Source: Octopus vulgaris (Eukaryota). Taken from it: DNA of 64,000 nt. Under the pieces are notes generated by a model. That model saw nothing but the letters and a program-made list of their open reading frames with translations. It ran no database searches and had not been told where the DNA came from. Position numbers and translations under genes: made by a program. Below, one piece after another: positions 51,373 to 64,000 of the stretch (positions within the stretch are counted from its first letter, which is position 1; each line of letters opens with the position of its first letter). The stretch covers positions 38,378,001-38,442,000 of the forward strand of contig OX597836.1 in the NCBI GenBank assembly GCA_951406725.2. Reading direction: 5' to 3'.

Positions 51373-51758
51373 CAGTCGTTCTCAACTGGGGCTGACATGG
51401 CCCTTGGTGGATCGATATGGTCCTTGGTGGGTCGATATGGTCCTTACTGGGTCGATATGGTCCTTGCTGGGTCGATAGGGTCCTTGCTGGGTCGATATGG
51501 TCCTTGGTGGGTCGATATGGTCCTTGGTGGGTCCATATATGATTTTGTTGTTAAAATTTATGTGCACTAAATTGATTATATTTCTACATTACATAAAATA
51601 TTTGAATTTTTTAAATATAATTCCTAATAATATTTCAGTATAAAAATACAGTAAGATTCTTTTTATATACATTGAATGTTTATTAGGGTCAATCCGAGTA
51701 AAATAGGAATCAAAGGGGGCCACAGGCAAAAAAAAAAAAAAATGGTTGAGAACCACTG
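51373..51758. mobile_element. hAT (Charlie-like) MITE with internal 20-bp tandem array
   Basis: TIRs CAGTCGTTCTCAAC / GTTGAGAACCACTG. 8-bp TSD GTTTAAAC (51365-51372) / GTTTAGAC (51759-51766) with central TA. Confidence 0.85.
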
Positions 51759-52846
51759 GTTTAGACAGAGTAGATTTAGGACCAGAAGTGTTTCAGCCAT
51801 GACCACCACATCCTTCTCTAAGGCATTGCATATCTAAGACTACTTCAGAGAATATACACTCTCTTGTTCTAAAATAATATGGTGTAATTTCAGTGAAGCC
51901 TGAATACTATTTCTAGCAAGTCAAGCAGCCAAATAGAGATCTCCTCATTATCTCATCACTGAACTTATATTTATCAGTGTTTGTAGCAACAGAAACTACT
52001 CTAAGTAAATATATACAAGTAATTAGAGATAAAATTAGAGACAGAACTACAACCATTTCTTTTTACAAATTATAGTAAAATGTTTCCTAATTATACAGCT
52101 CTCTCTCTCTCTCTCTCCTACATACACACACACTTGTAATCAGTGGACATCTTTATCTGAACAAAATTGGAGGAAGCTAAAACAAAAATCAAATGGCCAT
52201 CAGCTAAATTGGTTTTGTTATCAACACCTATTATTCAGATTAAATTCTACAATCAATATCTGCAATGAAGATTAAATGCCCTAATCAATATATATTACCC
52301 AGATTAAATTCAATAAAAACACATTCAACTGTTAGTTTTTATTTTTACATTAAATCACAGATGTAAATTTCTTCATCAAATTTCCCTTGTCATAAAAGTT
52401 CAAAGAAAGTTAGCTAAAATATTCTAGCATTAAAAATAATTATAAACTATTCCATCATCATTAGAATTACCAGATATTTTGTTCTGTAGTGGGCTACTAT
52501 GCTTGTGAGCCATTGCCCCACTGCTGACACTCACACTCACATACTGTCACGTAACCTAACACAGAGCCTTTGACTTTAACCACTGAATGCAGAAAGCAGA
52601 TTCATTCATTCAAAATTTCATTAGTATTAACTGTGGAAAGCAGTTTTACCCCATGGCTTAGGAAAAAAGGAAAACCTCTCATGCTACTAGAAGTAAAGAC
52701 ATCCCAGTGACACTTTTTACGAAAGACAATTTTTCAGACTTTCTTAATTTTTTTTAACATAGATTCTTGCTCTTTAAAGAGCAATATGAAATAATATTTT
52801 TAGTGGTGGATATGAAAATGGTATGCACAAGAGATACTGCAAAACT

Positions 52847-53152
52847 GTGGAGGCACATGGCCTAGTCGTTAGAGCAGTGGACTCGCGGTCAAGGGATCAT
52901 GGGTTCGAATCCCAGACCAGACGATGTGTGTGTTTATGAGTGAAACACCTAAGCTCCACGTGGCTCCAGCAGAAGGTAATGGCGAAACTTCTGCTGACTC
53001 TTTCACCACAACTTTCTCTCACTCTTTCCTCCTGCATCTCGCAGCTCACCTGCGATGGACCGGCATCCCGTCCAGGTGGGAAACTTATATGCCAAGAAAC
53101 CAGGAAACCGGCCCTTATGAGTCAGGCATGGCTCGAGAAGGAACAAATAAAA
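52847..53152 (+). mobile_element. SINE family C with 13-bp TSD
   Basis: ATACTGCAAAACT on both sides. Confidence 0.9.
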
Positions 53153-53656
53153 AATACTGCAAAACTATTACAGGAACAGAAAATATCAATTTTATTTTTT
53201 TGGTAGATAATTAATAAATTACAGGAATGACGATGAAATTCAATTATACAGTCAAAAGGTTAGAATAAGCTAAATGAATATATTAGATTTTGCATCTTTT
53301 GTAAATGTACCAAGGGTACAGTAGGTGGTGACATGGCCCAAATTGTAATGTGATATAAGCCTGAGGTTCAATTGGATGAAACAGGCATTCTGAATTAACC
53401 AATAAAGCTTGAATTGTGACAATTGTTACAGCAGTAAAATTATAAGATACTACACAAATTTGAACGTGAGAGAAACTTGGAACTTTTGCTGAAAGAATTG
53501 CTGTCCATCTCTACTGTATATATGACAAGAACATTCGACATATAATAAGTTCATTAGTAAGTTCGTTAATTGTTTCAATGGCAAACAGCTTCTATGTACT
53601 TCAGCTGTTGCCATGAACTGTACAGTAAAAAGTTTCTAAGTTTCTTGTTTCATGTC

Positions 53657-54045
53657 TCTTTTACTCTTTTACTGGTTTCAGTCATTTGACTGCGGCCATG
53701 CTGGAGCACCGTCTTTAGTCAAGCAGATCGACCCCAGGACATTCTTTGGAAGCCTAGTACTTATTCTATCAGTCACTTTTGCTGAACCGCTAAGTTACAG
53801 TGACGTAAACACACCAGCATCAGTTGTCAAGTGATGTTGGGGGATAAACACAGACACACAAACATATATATGTACATATATACGACGGGCTTCTTTCAGT
53901 TTCCGTCTACCAAATCCACTCACAAGGCTTTGGTCAGCTCGAGGCTATAGTTGAGGACACTTGCCCAAGGTGCCACGCAATGGGAATGAACCTGGAATCA
54001 TGTGGTTGGTAAGCAAGCTACTTAAAACACAGCCACTCCTGTGCC
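53657..54045 (-). mobile_element. SINE family A, full length
   Basis: Similarity to other copies. Confidence 0.9.
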
Positions 54046-55529
54046 TATATATATACATACACACACACATACATACATGCACGCATATATGGGTACAGGA
54101 TGTCACCAATGGTGCAAACAACATGAAATACATAAAGAAACGAGAACAAAAAGGAGAAGAGGACAAGTAAACACAGAGAATGGACCCTTCATGAGTTGTT
54201 GACTGTCTGTCTACTCCTCATTTCAAGCATTCGATGACAATATGAGTCTTCAAAGACAGTTGGTCTCATAAGTTCTAAAATAAAATTTAGGATTTATGGA
54301 GGGTCAAAGTTGGGAACAAAAACACGACAGTGGAGACATACAAGGTAACCGAATGAAAACAAACATCAAGGGTCGTTAGACCCAAACAAACAGAGTGAGT
54401 CAAGGGCTGAGAGGTTTGTGAGTTTGATAAGTGCTAACACATGACACCCTTGTCTTGGTTCTTGAGTCACTCTGCTGCTTCTGCTATAATACCAATATTA
54501 ATAAAAATATACATATACTGATATTTCGAGTTCTATTTTTCCTTCTTGCATCACCATACCTGTACACACACTCACACACACAGCTTTATGAAACTGAAAT
54601 GCCTGGCATTACCTAATATGAATTATCAATACTTTCTATCATCACAGAACAGTTTTGTTAAATGTTAATAATATCTGTACAGAATCTAGTTATGTTACTG
54701 TTCATGAAAAGAAATAATGTTTTAAAGAATGGAAATGAAACCATCTTCTCAAGTGTTAACACTGTGTGAACTAGCTGCCATTTCTAGCACACTGTGTTTT
54801 CCTATCCAACATTTTCAGTGAACATCGTAATACATATAACGCACAGTTTCACTATGGCTACAGTTGTTTCGCTACCTCATGTCATTTACATTAATCTTTA
54901 AAACACTATTATTCTCATCTCTCTGTTGAAATACACTGCTTTATTGCAGTTAATTTTCAAAATAACAAGGAATTTAGTAAAATAAATTTATCATTATGGA
55001 GCTGGTATTTTGGACATAAATTTACATAAAATTTTGATGTATGGTTTATTTTAGATTGCTTTAAAACTGGAAGGTTGTATTAGAGAACCAGGCATAGTCT
55101 TAGGTGGATTGGTATCAAAATAGTTGATACCAATTTCAAAATAGACCAAAATGCCAGTCTTGGTACACTATAGAATATAGCAGGAAAAGATCGATGTAAC
55201 ACTGCAGACATATTAATTGATAAAAGATGCCTTGGAAACAATGGGTTGTGATGTACTTGTGGCTGTATTTAAAAACGACTTTTGTTTTATACTGGAAATA
55301 TATTTATCTTCATTAAATACAGATAGTTACCCCTTGTCATTGACTTTATTTTCCTGTTTTTGTTAAGCCCTCATTGCTCATCATTACTCTGAGTTTCCCC
55401 GCTGTTGTTAAAGTTGACAATGAGGAACTCATAACTCACTTTGTTCTGACTTTTCACAAACAAAAAATCAATTACTATATATATCTATATCAATATTTTC
55501 ATCAGTAGAATGGGTCACTACAGTCCTGG

Positions 55530-55831
55530 GGTTTTCCTTCTCGAGCCATGCCTGGCTCATAAGGGCTGGTTTCCCGGTTTCTTGGCGTATAGGTTCCCCA
55601 CCTAGACGGGATGCTGGTCCATCACAAGTGAGCTGCAAGATGCAGGAGGAAAGTGTGAGATAAAGTTGTGGTGAAAGAGTCAGCAGAAGTTTGCCATTAC
55701 CTTCTGCCGGTGCCACGTGGAGCTTAGGTGTTTCACTCATAAACACACACATCACCCGGTCTGAGATTCGAACCTGCGATCCTTCGACTGCGAGCCTGCT
55801 GCTCTAACCACTAGGCCATGTGCCTCCACAC
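55530..55831 (-). mobile_element. SINE family C with 10-bp TSD
   Basis: ACAGTCCTGG on both sides. Confidence 0.9.
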
Positions 55832-58800
55832 ACAGTCCTGGCTTGTTCATATTTGGGTCTAGGTTTCAAACAACTAGATGGGTTATGAGTCCCGTCACAT
55901 TTGAAAGCTCAAGTTTTGACATGGCTTAATGAGAAGGTGAATAGATGACAGCGATTAAGAAGAGTAAAGGAGTGAGCCATTAGTAGAGGTGGTAGTATTT
56001 GAAGACAGACAGTGATAGACAGCCACATATTGGTTGTTGATAAGGTGGTTGAATACAAAAATAGAATGAGTAAGTATCATGATGAGGGAAGCGAGAATGA
56101 CAGGAGTGAGAAAGGGAAATAGAATAATAATAAAAGCAAGAGAGAGAGAAAATGTGGAAAGAAAGATTGTTGTGTATGTCAACAGCAAGTAATGGAACAA
56201 GTAGTGTGAATCGCATGTGATAGACAGCAATAAAGATGGGCAATGGTAAAAGAAAGAGACAGAGAATGATGGCTGTCAATTAGTGATAAAGGATAGGGTA
56301 ACAAGCGTGTGTGTCTGTGTGTGCATATTTCCAGCAGCTTGGTATATAAATTGGTGTTTCTTTTTTTTTTCTTTTTTTTTTATTAGTATTACAAATCTCC
56401 ACAGATATCTCCTCATTAAACTAATGAGATGTCAGTAGACAAATATATCTTTCCTTTCTCTAAGCTGTCTTCCAAAACACCAACTAAGGAGACAGAGAAA
56501 TGAAAAATGTTTCAGTTATCTCATAAAACTCCTTTCATCTAGATTTTTGATTATTTTAAACATAAATTAAGACATTGGCAGTTTATTCTCATTGGAAGCA
56601 TGGTGATTATTGTGTTACTATATTTTTTTTATGTTAACATATTTGTTTTGTGCCTGAGCAACCAACTATTCCTGTTTTTAGACAGCTTTACTAGATATAA
56701 AAATTCATAAAGTAATTATGTCATAAAATCAGTTATAATGATGGTATTTTGCCAGTAAAATAAAAACAGGTAAATCACGATTTAGCAGACCTAAGATCAC
56801 AAGCCTTCCAGACATGACCATTCTGTCTTTTTAAAGCTATATTTAATGTGTTTGTTTCTATTTAAAGAAAATAGGGCATGATCTGAGAAATATTTGGCTG
56901 CTTTTTTTTAGGTCAAGTGTCCAGGTAAATGTCCCTCATTTCCGAGTATCAATAGGATTTTTGAATTGACAGAATCATTGACACATCAAACAAATGCTTA
57001 ACGGCCATCTCTTTTGTCTCTTTATGTTCTAAGTTCAAATCCTGCTAGGTTCAACTTTGCTGTTCATCCTTTCGGGATTGATAACATAAAGCAGTAGTCA
57101 AGTACTTGCAGTTATTCTAATCAATTAACTTGCTTCTTTCTGCAAAACTGCAGACTTTGTACCAAAATTTGAAGAAAAAAAAATTTTTTTAATTGAGTTT
57201 CAAAAATTAGTAGGTCATCTACAATTCTGGGATTGGGTGGGTTGGATCAAAGCCATTTAAATCTTTTTCAGAAAGGAAATTGGCACCAGTGGGATCTGAA
57301 TTTGAAATTTAAAGGAAAATATCTAAATAATTACTGCAAGACATTTAGTCCCTCATTCCACATATTGAATCTGAAAACTGGATGGTTACTAATAATGATT
57401 ATACTTCTAATTTAGAATTTATGTAAGGCAGTTAATGTAAGAAGAAAAACCATCAATAAAGAAGATAAAGTGAATAGCTAATTGATTAAAAGATAACATT
57501 AAATACGGACATATGATTTACATAGAAAATATTGTTGGTGTTATTGTTGTAAGATGAATAGAATATTTAGCTTCTTATTACAGAAGCATAAATGAGCCGG
57601 AAGAGGAGTATCAAACAGAGTAATCAGTAGAGAAATATAGAGCTGAGCAAAATCAGTTGAATCTATATTCTAGATGGATTGACATCTGCTTCATTCAGGC
57701 TCTCTGCCATCTGAATAGTCAGAGACAGCTGATTCATACAATATTCCCATGGTTTAAACCAGTGTGTTTGTCTCAAACACTATTATCACCTATAACCTAA
57801 CACATGATTTACTTTAGAGATCAATGGACACCAATGGACCTCATTTCATTTCTAGTTGTTATTTAAATTTCAAGTAAAATTAGTTACTAATTAATAGTAA
57901 TCATGCTACTTTACACACAGTCATTAAAAAAAGAATGTGTGTAATTCATTAAAGAACACTAAATTAATTCAAACATTATATTATTTTGCTCTCCGATAAT
58001 TTGCATAAATGACAGACAAAAATGCCTGGAGCTAGAAAGTAGTGAGGATTATCAATATAATCACTTATTTTTAATGTCAGTGTGGTTTAGAAAGATATCA
58101 TTTGCATATCTTTTGCTGAGAATTTCTAAAATAGGATGTCCATTCTAGCACATTCTGTCATCCACTAAAATACAATAGGCTTTAAAATGATATTGCTAGA
58201 TTGACTAATCCTTTATTTAACTCCAGGTTAGCTCTCTGATTAAGGAAAACCTATCATCAAAGATATTCCAACCATTATTGTCTTTGTTTGAATGTCAAGG
58301 GTTATATAGTCCAAAATAGTCTTATTTTTTTGTTAACAGCAGGATAATGTTTAACCCTTCAGTATTCATATTACTATGAAATGTAATGCTAGTATATTCC
58401 TATTGTTTTGCATTAATCCCGCATTATCTCATAGCTTCAACATTTCAATGATGTGATTGTATATTCTTTAGACTGACATTGTAGATTAAGGTCAAGAAGC
58501 CAGCTCCAGCTGATTTGAACATAAAACATTTGGGTCAGATATGGATAGTTTAAATGCTGAATGGTAAAAGGAGATTGGAGATTTGGTGAATACTTCTAGC
58601 CAGTTGAATAAGTGAGGAAAATTTCCCTTGTTGACTCAAATAATCCTCTTTTTCATGAGATAAACCAGTTATGTTTTAGAGTTCAGGTTCTACTTTCAGC
58701 ACAGTCGTTGTCTTGTGAAGATATCAACCTAAAGTAATGGATAAACATAAAAAAAAGACTAAAATATAATTTCTAAAAGCCTGAGTTCAATGTTTAACTG

Positions 58801-59519
58801 TCTCCTCTTCTGTGTTTAGATGGTTGGTGAAATACAGGAGGAAAAGATAGAAAAATACAGCAAAATGAAATTATCTTTTTAATGTTTTGAACGAATTCAA
58901 GAAATTCTGCTTCAAGGCTGACAATGTTTCAATACAAAGGAAATATTGGTATAGAAGCTATAGTAGTGAGAATAAATAGTCAAAGACAAGAGTAGGCATC
59001 ATCACAGACATTAAAATAGAAGAGAACAGAATCTAAATCACCGAACAAAGATTTAGTAAAATTGTTTGTTATGCAGGTAGCCATGGCAAATATTTCCATG
59101 TGAATAAGAATTAGATTAGAGGAGAAGCATGCTGTTATAATGGCCATGAAAAAGAATACAGAATGTTAAACCTACCAGAATGAAATTAAATGACAAAGGA
59201 AGCAGCAGCAAGATGGCCAGGTAGAGATTTGTCGAGAGAAGGGAAATGGGGACGGGGGAGAAATCGTTATATCAATTTACTGGAAAATGTAAGTAAGCGT
59301 ACATGCATTCATTTAAATGTTTGTATACGCAGAGATATCGATAATATACACTCACACATAAATATATATATATACCATCATCATTTTTATACCTGTATTT
59401 TCATGTTGGCATAGTACGGACAACACTTATTGAAGCATTGTTCTATGGCTGGGCAATCTTCTTGTTGCCAACTTTGTTTTTCAAGTGAAAATATATAATT
59501 CCACAGGTGTATATATACA

Positions 59520-60720
59520 CAGATATGACAGAAGTATATAGACACCCCATGTTTATTCTAACTTGTAAAGATTTACATTTTTTATTAATTGACATTTTTA
59601 TGTTTCAGGTTCTATATGTGACTGTTTAATCATGTCATGTACAAAAGAAGTCTTGGAACTGTCTGAATTTCAAAGACGCTGTATTGTGGGTCATTCTGAA
59701 GGTGAACGTAGCATAAAATCGCAGAAAACCTTAAGATTCTGCTTTCTACAGTTAATAGAGTGATTGTACAATTCACCAAAGAGGGGAAGAAGTCCACATC
59801 ACCTCACCCAGATCAACTAGGTGCCTCTGACAGGACTCTTCTCTTTGTTAAGAGAAGTGTGGAGGATAATCCTCATTGCAAAGCCTCTGACAGCAGAACA
59901 AGTTGATGTCAGTCCCAGAACAGTTGTCAGGTATCTGCACAAACTTGGTTACTATGGCAGAGCAGCAAGAAGGAATCCGCTTCTTTGACAAGCCAGCATC
60001 AATCAGAGAAAAGAAGATTGGGCCAGTGATATGGTGGAGAGGGCACTAGTGTTTTGGGACACTGTCATATTCTCTGATGAGTCCAGATTTGCTGTATTTC
60101 TTGACAATGGTTGAGTGTGGGTCTGGAGACTCTGTGATCAAGAATTTGATGTGAAAAGATTGCAGTCAACAATGAAACATGACAGCTAATCTGTGAAGGT
60201 TAGGGAGCAATTTGAAGCAATGGTTGATCAGAGTTGGTGGAGTGTGAGGGAAACATAAACTCAGATAAATATGTGTCCATATTGCAGAAAGGACTCCTAA
60301 TCTTCTTCAGTGGTGAAATGGTTGAAGAAGACTCTTTATTCATATAGCTAAAATGACCCAAGACTTTTTGGATGAGAATGGCATTAAAAAGCTTCCATGG
60401 CCAAGCCAGTCACCAACCCTATTGAACACCTCTGGGACATAATGGACAGGACACTTCATAAAAAGAGTAAGAAAGCATCTTCAAAGCCAGATCTTTTGAG
60501 ATTAGGTCATGAAACTTGGCAAGAAATTCCGCAAGATAATATTCATCATCCAATCAGTAACATGCCTAATAGGGTCCTTGCACTGAAAAATGCAAAGGGC
60601 ATGTCTATCAAATATCAAATATTCACATTATAACAATTAATAAATAATTTGATTGTACAATTTCAGATTGAAATAAATTTCAATGATTATAAGTGTGTCT
60701 ATTTACTTCTGTCATTTCTG
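59520..60720 (+). mobile_element. Decayed Tc1-like DNA transposon; transposase pseudogene ~59632-60615
   Basis: 26-bp TIRs CAGATATGACAGAAGTATATAGACAC / GTGTCTATTTACTTCTGTCATTTCTG, with TA at the right end. Peptides LSEFQR..IVG, VIFSDESRF, LPWPSQSP, NPIEHLWD. Multiple stops and a deletion around the second catalytic Asp. Confidence 0.9.
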
Positions 60721-61146
60721 TATACATCAAAACTGACATGATTACTAAGTTATAGGATATTTTCTTCTTTTTACAAGAGAAGTAAACAAGCATCACAGTT
60801 GTGGTACTGAAACGGTGTTAGTGAGGAAGATATGTAGAAAATTACAAGCATAAATAGAGAAAATATGATTATCCGTCTTAGTAAAATATTTATTTTGTGA
60901 AAACAACATTTGTACTATCAATTTAGATATAAATTAGTTTTCTTTATTTATAATTTCTTTCCAGGAGTTTTAAGAAGTGTAATTACCTATTTGAGTAAAA
61001 ATACGACTTTCCTCTTAAAACTAAAAATGTAAATAAATCTTCAAGACCATGTGTGTTTTCAACTTCTTTTCTTTATAATTCTGTTCATGTGAAAAAAAAT
61101 TGTTTTCTCATACATATATACACACACACACACACACGAATGTATG

Positions 61147-61198
<52 letters not shown>

Positions 61199-61419
61199 CA
61201 TATACATACATATATATACATACATACATACATACATACACATACATACATACATGTGCGTGTGTATCACTAAGTATCAGCTGATCCTGGAATAAACAGT
61301 TGAGGACCACGTTTTAATATTTCACATACTATTGCTATTATCATTGTGAAGGGGTATGGCTTAGTGGCTAGGCTGTTGCACTTACGATTGCCAGATCATG
61401 GGTTTGATTCCCGGAGTGG

Positions 61420-61585
61420 TTAGACTACCACTCACAGAGTGGTTAGCGTTAGGAATGGCATCTTTCCTGAAGAAACACTGCCAGATCAGACTGGAGCCTG
61501 GTGAAGCCTCCTAGCTTCCCAGACCCTGGTCGAACTGTCCAACCCATGCTAGCATGGAAAACGGATGTTAAACGATGATGATGAT
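61420..61585 (+). mobile_element. Family D 3' fragment inserted in another tRNA-headed SINE (~61350-61770)
   Basis: Ends GTTAAACGATGATGATGAT; the host SINE head is GGTATGGCTTAGTGGCTAGG. Confidence 0.6.
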
Positions 61586-62812
61586 TGGGCGGGGTTTTGT
61601 GTTCTTGAGCAAAACATTTAATTTCACATTGCTTCAGTCTTCCTTTTGATGTTGGTCTTCTTGCCTAGCCAGTGGGGTGACATCATTCAAAAGATAAAAT
61701 GAATGCAAAGTGCATTGTAACCAACAATGTATGATAACATCTGATAGTCTGGTCAGTCATGTGATCACATGCCTTATTATAGAAAATCATTAGGTGAAGG
61801 TGAGTTTATTCTAGCAGCTTCTGTTAAACAGGCACCATTTTTTATTTACCGACTTTTATAGAATTCTATTATAAAGGATATAAATGATTTAGCAATAATC
61901 AGAATTACTTTTAAAGAAAGAGAGATGGCAGAAGTGAATGATAACAGAAAACCAGATTCAAGAACACTTAAACACTTGCAACTTTTTCTTTATTTGTCTT
62001 GATGCAATCACAGACATTATGTCATCAGTTTGACTAAGCATTATCACATGACATTTTCATGGTGATTCTATTCATGAAAAGTTGATTAAGTTAGAGAATT
62101 TGCCTCAAAACATGTCAGGAAAAACATAAGTGAATCTGTTGTTAAATTGTATCATGCAACACAAATACATTTCACAAAAAAAGTTTTGGCTGACTGATAG
62201 GCTCCGAATATTCGTAGGCCAAAGTGAAGGTTTTGTAAATCAGTGAACAAAAGCTGTTATTCATCTAGTTGTTGCTTTTCAGCATATTTGTGAGACACCA
62301 GGAAGTGCTGTGCCCAAAAGTAACTTTCAAAGATTTCAATGATGTGATGAGTGTAGTAACAAAGGTAGTCAATTTGGTAGCTGCCAGGGCTTTGCATAAA
62401 CAAGAATCGAATTTACTTTTGAATAAACTGTATCAGTTTACAGTGATTTACAAATGTACAATAATGTTCAATGGTTGAGTCGTGGCCAAATACTTGAATG
62501 TTTAAGTGAAACCAGACTATTTTTACATGAGAAGCATACAGTATTATTGACCTCAGCTAAATAACTTTGCTTGGTTCAATAAACTTACGTGTTTCCATGG
62601 ATGTGAATGAACTTTATATCAAAATGTGAAGCTATAGAAATTCTATTGATGTGATGTTTGGAATGATCAAAAGTTTCAAGAGTCAACTCAACATATTTCA
62701 AAATGATTTAGAAAGTAAAAGTTTCTATTAATTCTCAAAGGCAAAGAATTTTTTTTTTTAAGAAACCATCTTTAAGAATCTTGAACAACATAAGAAAACA
62801 GTTTACAATAAT

Positions 62813-62862
<50 letters not shown>

Positions 62863-62923
62863 TAAAACGGTAAGATAACAAAAGAAAGAAAGAGACCTCA
62901 ATATTATGTAAATAGAGGAAATT

Positions 62924-63156
62924 TATCTATACAATAATATGTTACATTACTCGATAGTCAAGATAAAACTCTGAGTTTCAGATGCCGAAGTGGGAATCCA
63001 CGACATCTCTTCGGTTATCTGGCTATTTGAAACCGCTATGAAAAAAAAAAAAAAAAGCCAGATAACCGAAGAGATGTCGTGGATTCCCACTTCGGCATCT
63101 GAAACTCAGAGTTTTATCTTGACTATCGAGTAATGTAACATATTATTGTATAGATA
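62924..63156. repeat. Perfect fold-back: 101-bp inverted arms, 31-bp spacer, embedded in (TA)n
   Basis: 62924-63024 is the exact reverse complement of 63056-63156. Confidence 0.95.
63060..63119 (+). ncRNA. Minimal type I hammerhead-ribozyme-like motif (mirror copy on minus strand ~62961-63020)
   Basis: AGATAA-CCGAAGA-GATGTCG(..)CGGCATC-T-GAAA-CTCAGAG-TT-TTATCT. Confidence 0.6.
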
Positions 63157-63520
63157 TATATATATTTTTTCAAGGCTTGTTCAGTTAAATGAGTTAGAGA
63201 AGATAATACAATTTATGAACGACCTTGATGAAGCAGGTTTTACAGATCTGAAATTAAGTACTTTTGAATGGTTGTATTCAAGAGACCTGCAATTAGTTGA
63301 CTTCCAATCTAACCCTATTTGGAAGCAAAGATTAATTACACTCAGTGCTAATTTAAAAGAATGGCAAAGTGTGCAAGTAATCATGGATACGTATTCAGAC
63401 TGCAGACTTTTGAGAGTGTTGAAATGCATTCCCAAAATTTTGATACCTTGAAAATATATGTAAAAACACTAACAACTCATAGCCATTTTCTCATCAACAT
63501 ATTCATGTTAAACATTGTTT

Positions 63521-63890
63521 ATCATCATCATCATCGTTTAATGTCCGTTTTCCGTGCTAGCATGGGTTGGATGGTTCGACTGGGGTCTGGGAAGCCAGAA
63601 GGCTGCACCAGGTTCCAGTCTGATCTGGCAGTGTTTCTACAGCTGGATGCCCTTACTAACGCCAACCACTCCGTGAGTGTAGTGGGAGCTTTTTATGTGC
63701 CAGGGGAGGCTGGCAGCAGCCAAGATCGGTTGGTGCTTTTTATGTGCCAGGGGAGGCTGGCAACGGCCACGATTGGTTGGTGCTTTTTATGTGTGACCGG
63801 CACAGAAGCCAGTCAAGGTGGCGCTGGCATCAGCCACGTTCGGATGGTGCTTTTTACATGCCACCGGCACAGGTATCATAACTACAATTT
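63521..63890 (-). mobile_element. Short repeat family D with internal tandem units
   Basis: (CAT)n end; repeated GGTGCTTTTTATGTGCC units. Confidence 0.8.
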
Positions 63891-64000
63891 CTATTTAATA
63901 TTTATAGCATTAAAAAATGTAAAAGCAAACAAGAGAAACAGAATCGGTGAAGATATGAGAGCTGTTTGCAATTCATTAGAGAGCACACACTGTGTCTCTC

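Larger units (their letters stand above)
61790..63520 (+). pseudogene. Decayed hAT Buster/Charlie-type transposase (GTF2IRD2/EPM2AIP1-like), interrupted at ~62815-63170
   Basis: CLDAITDI; HQEVLC...DVMSVVTKVVNLVAARALH; YNNVQWLSRGQILE; C-terminal AIFSSTYSC*TLF (hAT dimerisation motif). Many stops and frameshifts. Confidence 0.75.

Noticed and set aside
52847-52925. tRNA gene
   Set aside because: A/B boxes are present, but the sequence continues into a multi-copy SINE body with tail and TSD; no complete cloverleaf.
58790-59225. Plus-strand acceptor followed by a purine-rich stretch
   Set aside because: The frame closes after ~20 codons. It may be a heavily decayed LINE, but cannot be supported.

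Overview
AT-rich, repeat-dense eukaryotic genomic DNA. The tRNA-derived SINE families resemble those I know from octopus, so it is probably an octopod cephalopod (inference). The only credible host coding sequence is a glutamine-rich terminal exon on the minus strand (9624->9080). It has a strong splice acceptor and ends in S-S-C-L. No upstream coding exon was recognised, so the remaining ~54 kb is probably one long intron. The rest is a layered set of mobile elements: four families of short interspersed repeats (many with visible target-site duplications and nesting), a decayed Penelope-like (Naiad-type) reverse transcriptase, CR1 and RTE LINE fragments, decayed mariner, Tc1 and hAT/Buster transposases, several MITEs, and micro/minisatellites. 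The most unusual signal is a set of non-coding fold-back elements (62924-63156, 16296-16659) carrying minimal type I hammerhead-ribozyme folds with non-canonical cores (U4C, and a G3-C8 compensatory swap), plus a solo motif at ~1525. Coordinates were read by eye and repeat boundaries are approximate.
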